A DNA stretch of 62,680 nucleotides, the filler included. It is 4 parts of 4 records of this genome, joined end to end, with 100 filler letters (N's around TTAATTAATTAA, not from the genome) between each part and the next. Parts side by side here need not be neighbours in the genome. Positions count along the whole stretch, not along the records: positions 53,528 to 62,680 come from SRR20825006_755; 3 more parts are not named here. One strand, given 5' to 3'. A program made the translations under genes and the position numbers. The notes under the pieces are model-generated. The model saw only the letters and a list, made by a program, of their open reading frames with translations. It had not been told where the DNA came from and searched no databases. Each line of letters begins with the position of its first letter. The first letter of the stretch is position 1. This document shows positions 59,069-62,680 of this stretch, in pieces.

Positions 59069-60298
59069 TCAGCTACGGTAATCCGCATTGATCGAGATAT
59101 AGCCATGTGTCAGATCGCAGGTCCAGACGGTGGCCGTGCCATCGCCAAAGCCAAGATCGACATCGATATCGATATACTGGCCCTTGATGTGGGCTGCGAC
59201 CGGGGCTTCGTCATAATCGGCGACGCGTTCGCCGTTTTTCGCCAGAACAATGCCACCGATGGAAACGGTCAGTTTGTTCGGGTCGGCCTGCACACCGCAT
59301 TTGCCAACCGCCATGACGATGCGGCCCCAGTTGGCGTCTTCACCGGCAATCGCGGTTTTGACCAGCGGAGAGTTCGCAATCGCCTTGGCGGTGATTTTGG
59401 CTTCTGCTTCGCTGATGGCACCGGTGACATTGACGGTGATGAATTTCGACGCCCCTTCGCCGTCGCGCACGACCTGATGGGCAAGATCACGCATGACGTC
59501 TTCAAGCGCGGTTTTGAAACCGGCCAGTGCCGGATCATCAATACCGGTGACGGCAGCATTACCGGCCTTGCCGGTTGCCGCCAGAAGGACGGTATCAGAC
59601 GTCGAGGTATCGCTATCGACCGTGATCGCATTGAACGACCGGTTGGTGCAATCGGCCAGCAGGGATTGCAGCACGGCATGGGGCACGGCGGCGTCGGTAA
59701 AGATGAAGCCCAGCATGGTTGCCATGTTGGGTTCGATCATGCCTGAACCCTTGGCAAAACCGGCAATGCTGACCTTAGCACCGTGGATGGTGGCGGTGGC
59801 CGATGCGCCCTTGGGGAAGGTGTCGGTGGTCATGATCGCCTTGGCGGCATCAAGCCAGCCAGCGTCATTTGCCAGAAGATCGGGCAGGGCATCGGTGATG
59901 CGGTTTGCGGTGGTCGGCTCGCCGATGACACCGGTGGAGGCGGTGAAAATCTCGGTCTTGTCGCAGCCCAGCGCCTTTGCGGCGGCTTCGACCTTGTCTG
60001 CGACGAATTTTTCGCCCGCCTTGCCGGTGAAGGCAACCGAGTTGCCGGCATTGACAAAGAATGCCCGACCGGTGCCGCCTTTAAGCGCCTCGCGTCCCCA
60101 GCGAACAGCGGCCGACGCCGTGGTCGAGGTGGTGAAGACACCCGCAACCTGTGTGCCCGGTTCGAGTTCTGCCAGAAGGACATCGGGGCGGCCCTTGTAG
60201 CGGATGCCAAGGGTCACGGTATGCAGTTTGACACCGGGAATTGCCGGAAGATCGGGGAAGCCGGCCGGGGCCAGCGGAGAAAGCGACGTCGCAACCAT
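59069..60298 (-). CDS. argJ: bifunctional ornithine acetyltransferase / N-acetylglutamate synthase
   Basis: STGVIG, IMTTDT, AKGSGMIEPNMAT, DTSTSDT, DGEGASK, NWGRI, INADYRS; start moved to ATG 60298. Confidence 0.97.
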   Translation of the reverse strand: MVATSLSPLAPAGFPDLPAIPGVKLHTVTLGIRYKGRPDVLLAELEPGTQVAGVFTTSTTASAAVRWGREALKGGTGRAFFVNAGNSVAFTGKAGEKFVADKVEAAAKALGCDKTEIFTASTGVIGEPTTANRITDALPDLLANDAGWLDAAKAIMTTDTFPKGASATATIHGAKVSIAGFAKGSGMIEPNMATMLGFIFTDAAVPHAVLQSLLADCTNRSFNAITVDSDTSTSDTVLLAATGKAGNAAVTGIDDPALAGFKTALEDVMRDLAHQVVRDGEGASKFITVNVTGAISEAEAKITAKAIANSPLVKTAIAGEDANWGRIVMAVGKCGVQADPNKLTVSIGGIVLAKNGERVADYDEAPVAAHIKGQYIDIDVDLGFGDGTATVWTCDLTHGYISINADYRS

Positions 60299-60371
60299 CT
60301 GTTCAATTTCCTTCGTTGAACGTAACCCTGCCATTAATCCAAAGGTAGCGCATTTGGCACGGGTGGATGAC

Positions 60372-60409
60372 AAAAAAACGGGGCGATGCCGGACGGCTCA
60401 CCCCGTTTT
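60372..60409 (-). terminator. intrinsic terminator after PPIase gene
   Basis: AAAAAAACGGGG...CCCCGTTTT. Confidence 0.75.
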
Positions 60410-60444
60410 GGATCTCAGCTTTGAAACCGGTTAAGCCGTGGGGC

Positions 60445-61299
60445 TTAGTTTTTCGGGGTTTCTGCGCTGTCGTCTGTGGCCGGGGTTTCGGTGTTGTTCA
60501 CCACCTCGGCATCAGATCGAAGTTCTTCAATCAGGTCCTGAACGGCCTGCTGGGTGACTTCTGCTTCCATCTGCTGACGGATTTCTTCCAGGGTCGGCTG
60601 TACGCCGTCTTTTTTCTCTTCAACCAGGATCACGTGCCAGCCGAACTGGGTCTGTACCGGTTCTTTGCTGTAGCTGCCCGGTTCCATCGCGAAGGCGGCT
60701 TCGGCGAACGGTGCGACCATGTCGCCCTTGTTGAAGAAGCCAAGATCACCACCATTGGGACCGGACGGGCCGGTTGATTTTTCTTTGGCGAGTTCGACGA
60801 AATCGGCACCGTCATCGAGCTCGGCAATCACGGCTTTGGCGTCGTCTTCGTTTTCCAGAAGGATGTGACGCGCGTGAACCTGCGGCTCTGGCTCGTTGGT
60901 TTTGATGAATTCGTCGTAATGGGCTTTGATCGCGTCTTCGGTGACTTTCTCGGCGATTGCGCGCTCAAGATAGGTTTCGGCAACGAGGCGGCGCTCAAGG
61001 GCGGCGAGCTGATTCTTGACCTCTTCATCGTCGGCAAGACCCGCATCCTGACCGGCAAGCATCAGCAGGCGCTGATTGATTTCGCGGTCGACAAGCATCG
61101 GCTTGAGCATTTCAAACGGGAGCTGGCGATACTGTTGGGGCAGGCCCTCTTGTGTCGCGCGCACTTCGGATTCCAGGATTTCCTCGCCGTTGACGGTTGC
61201 AAGAACCTGGTCTTCGGCCGGTGCAGCGTCCTGTGCCATAACCGGGCTTGCAAACATGACGGTCGCAAGTGACGCAGCGAGTAGGGTTTTGCGCAGCAT
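60445..61299 (-). CDS. PpiC/parvulin-type peptidyl-prolyl isomerase, periplasmic
   Basis: Signal peptide; HARHILL, STGPS...GGDLGFF...MVAPF, TQFGWHVI; start moved to ATG 61299. Confidence 0.94.
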   Translation of the reverse strand: MLRKTLLAASLATVMFASPVMAQDAAPAEDQVLATVNGEEILESEVRATQEGLPQQYRQLPFEMLKPMLVDREINQRLLMLAGQDAGLADDEEVKNQLAALERRLVAETYLERAIAEKVTEDAIKAHYDEFIKTNEPEPQVHARHILLENEDDAKAVIAELDDGADFVELAKEKSTGPSGPNGGDLGFFNKGDMVAPFAEAAFAMEPGSYSKEPVQTQFGWHVILVEEKKDGVQPTLEEIRQQMEAEVTQQAVQDLIEELRSDAEVVNNTETPATDDSAETPKN

Positions 61300-61533
61300 A
61301 TTTTCTCCAGACTTTTCATTTAAGGGGGATTTTTCCCCATGCCTCACCCCACGGATAAATCACATCCGGTCGTGACACACAAGGGTTCCCCTCGGATGTC
61401 ACGGTTTTTTCAAAGCAATCTGGCTAAAATGTGAAATGCTGATGTAGTGCGGAAAATATAATGGCGCGGGCAAGGGTGATTTCGCGCCCTTGCCCACCGG
61501 TTTCTGCCAGAATCCAGAAATAAGTAATAGCTG

Positions 61534-62649
61534 TCAGGCGCGAACGTCAAAAAAGACTTCGCCGACGGTGCCGGTGGTGCCGTCATCGCGCTCAAATTGC
61601 GATTTGGCAACCAGATCACCACCGATCAGGCGCTGATCAAGCGGGGTGATCATTGTCAGCGAAATCGATTTGATGCCTTCGCTTTCAAGCGAGCTTTGGC
61701 TGCCATCAGCACGCAGCAGGACCAAAGAGGAAAAGACCTTGTCCTTGTTGTCGATCACGCCATCATTGTTATCGTCATATTTGGCGAGTTCGGCAAAGCC
61801 GTCCTTGGCACCGTTTTGATCGCCAAACAATTCGGTGCCATCATTTATGATGCCATCATCGTTGCGATCAAGCGCCAGAAGTGCGTCATTGCCGCCAACC
61901 CATGCGGTTTGATCAACAGTTCCATCGCCATCAATATCGAACTGTTTGTTATCATTGACGTGTGAGGTGGTGATGCCGTCCCCGTCAAGATCAAGGATGA
62001 GCGGATCTTTCTGATAGACTTGGGTGATTTCAATGCGGATCATTTCGATCTGGGCGCGGAATTCCGAGATCGAGATGTTCGCGCTGCCTTTGATCTTTGA
62101 GAAACGGCTTTCGAGCTGGGTCAGGTCAAGCTTGAAGCTTTGAGAAACGATCGACATCCCGCCAGCAGATATGACAGATATTTCGTTGGTGGCATTTAAA
62201 GACAGTTCTTGCACTGAGACCGAGGCGGCGGTGCCATCCAGATTTGAAACGGCGAGCCCTTCGGGGGTATTTCCCGTCATGGAATTGGCAATTTCGCGTG
62301 CCTTTTCCGGGGGGATTCCCATCATCGCAAGAACGATGAAAGCCTCGTTATTCATGCGCTTTTGCGCATCGCTAAGCGCAGGCTTCATCAGGTTCAGAAC
62401 GTCAAGTGCGCTGCTTTGAAATTCAAAAACCGGCTTGTCGAATTCTTCGACGGTCGATTTCAATTGTTCATTGGCTTCTTGGCTGATCTCGATATTGTCG
62501 ATGATGCTTCGCGTCCGGGCGATGTCTTCTTCCAGCTGCGCGGTGCTTTTGGCTTCGTCAACGACGTTCGTGGCGACATTAGGTGTCGCCGCGACATAGC
62601 GTTCTGTCGCGTCGGCAGGAGAATTGGAGATATTGATTTGTCCAAACAT
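61534..62649 (-). CDS. hypothetical protein with C-terminal Ca-binding DxDGDG (DPLILDLDGDG) domain
   Basis: DPLILDLDGDG, FDIDGDG, LALDRNDDGIINDGTELFG, YDDNNDGVID; GGAGG RBS upstream. Confidence 0.8.
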   Translation of the reverse strand: MFGQINISNSPADATERYVAATPNVATNVVDEAKSTAQLEEDIARTRSIIDNIEISQEANEQLKSTVEEFDKPVFEFQSSALDVLNLMKPALSDAQKRMNNEAFIVLAMMGIPPEKAREIANSMTGNTPEGLAVSNLDGTAASVSVQELSLNATNEISVISAGGMSIVSQSFKLDLTQLESRFSKIKGSANISISEFRAQIEMIRIEITQVYQKDPLILDLDGDGITTSHVNDNKQFDIDGDGTVDQTAWVGGNDALLALDRNDDGIINDGTELFGDQNGAKDGFAELAKYDDNNDGVIDNKDKVFSSLVLLRADGSQSSLESEGIKSISLTMITPLDQRLIGGDLVAKSQFERDDGTTGTVGEVFFDVRA

Positions 62650-62680
62650 TCAGCGCCTCCTTCCTGAAGGGCTGCGGGAT

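Overview
This window is not one chromosome region. It is four unrelated contigs joined by artificial 100-nt spacers (44 N + TTAATTAATTAA + 44 N) at 30011-30110, 42037-42136 and 53428-53527. Taxonomic labels are inferred from base composition (judged by eye), promoter style and gene content. (1) 1-30010 is AT-rich Flavobacteriaceae-like DNA, mostly housekeeping (pcrA, recG, relA, fur, purA, aroE, mazG, def, ruvX, dapD). It also carries two T9SS-secreted enzymes and a four-gene cassette: lipoprotein / multi-TM protein / histidine kinase / NarL-type regulator. (2) 30111-42036 is GC-rich gammaproteobacterial DNA (Alcanivorax-like) with REP-type palindromes at both ends. It holds a NemR-like regulon (YqhD, DJ-1/PfpI), cydAB, an orphan solute-binding protein, a 46-bp MITE-like element, an intact but apparently catalytically dead P4-type integrase, and selO. 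(3) 42137-53427 is a second flavobacterial contig with an alginate-lyase locus (PL6, heparinase II/III-like, PL17-like), an RraA-like aldolase, fbp, TetR/AhpD, GH109 and an amidohydrolase. (4) 53528-62680 is alphaproteobacterial DNA (Thalassospira-like) with a PAS kinase / REC-HD / REC-HDOD module, a pentapeptide-repeat protein, argJ, a parvulin PPIase and a Ca-binding hypothetical protein. The best candidates for undescribed biology are the split-receptor signalling cassette at 2794-5716, the dead integrase at 39238-40440 and the RraA-type aldolase in the alginate locus. I saw no rRNA, tRNA or CRISPR array. All calls come from reading motifs; no searches were run.
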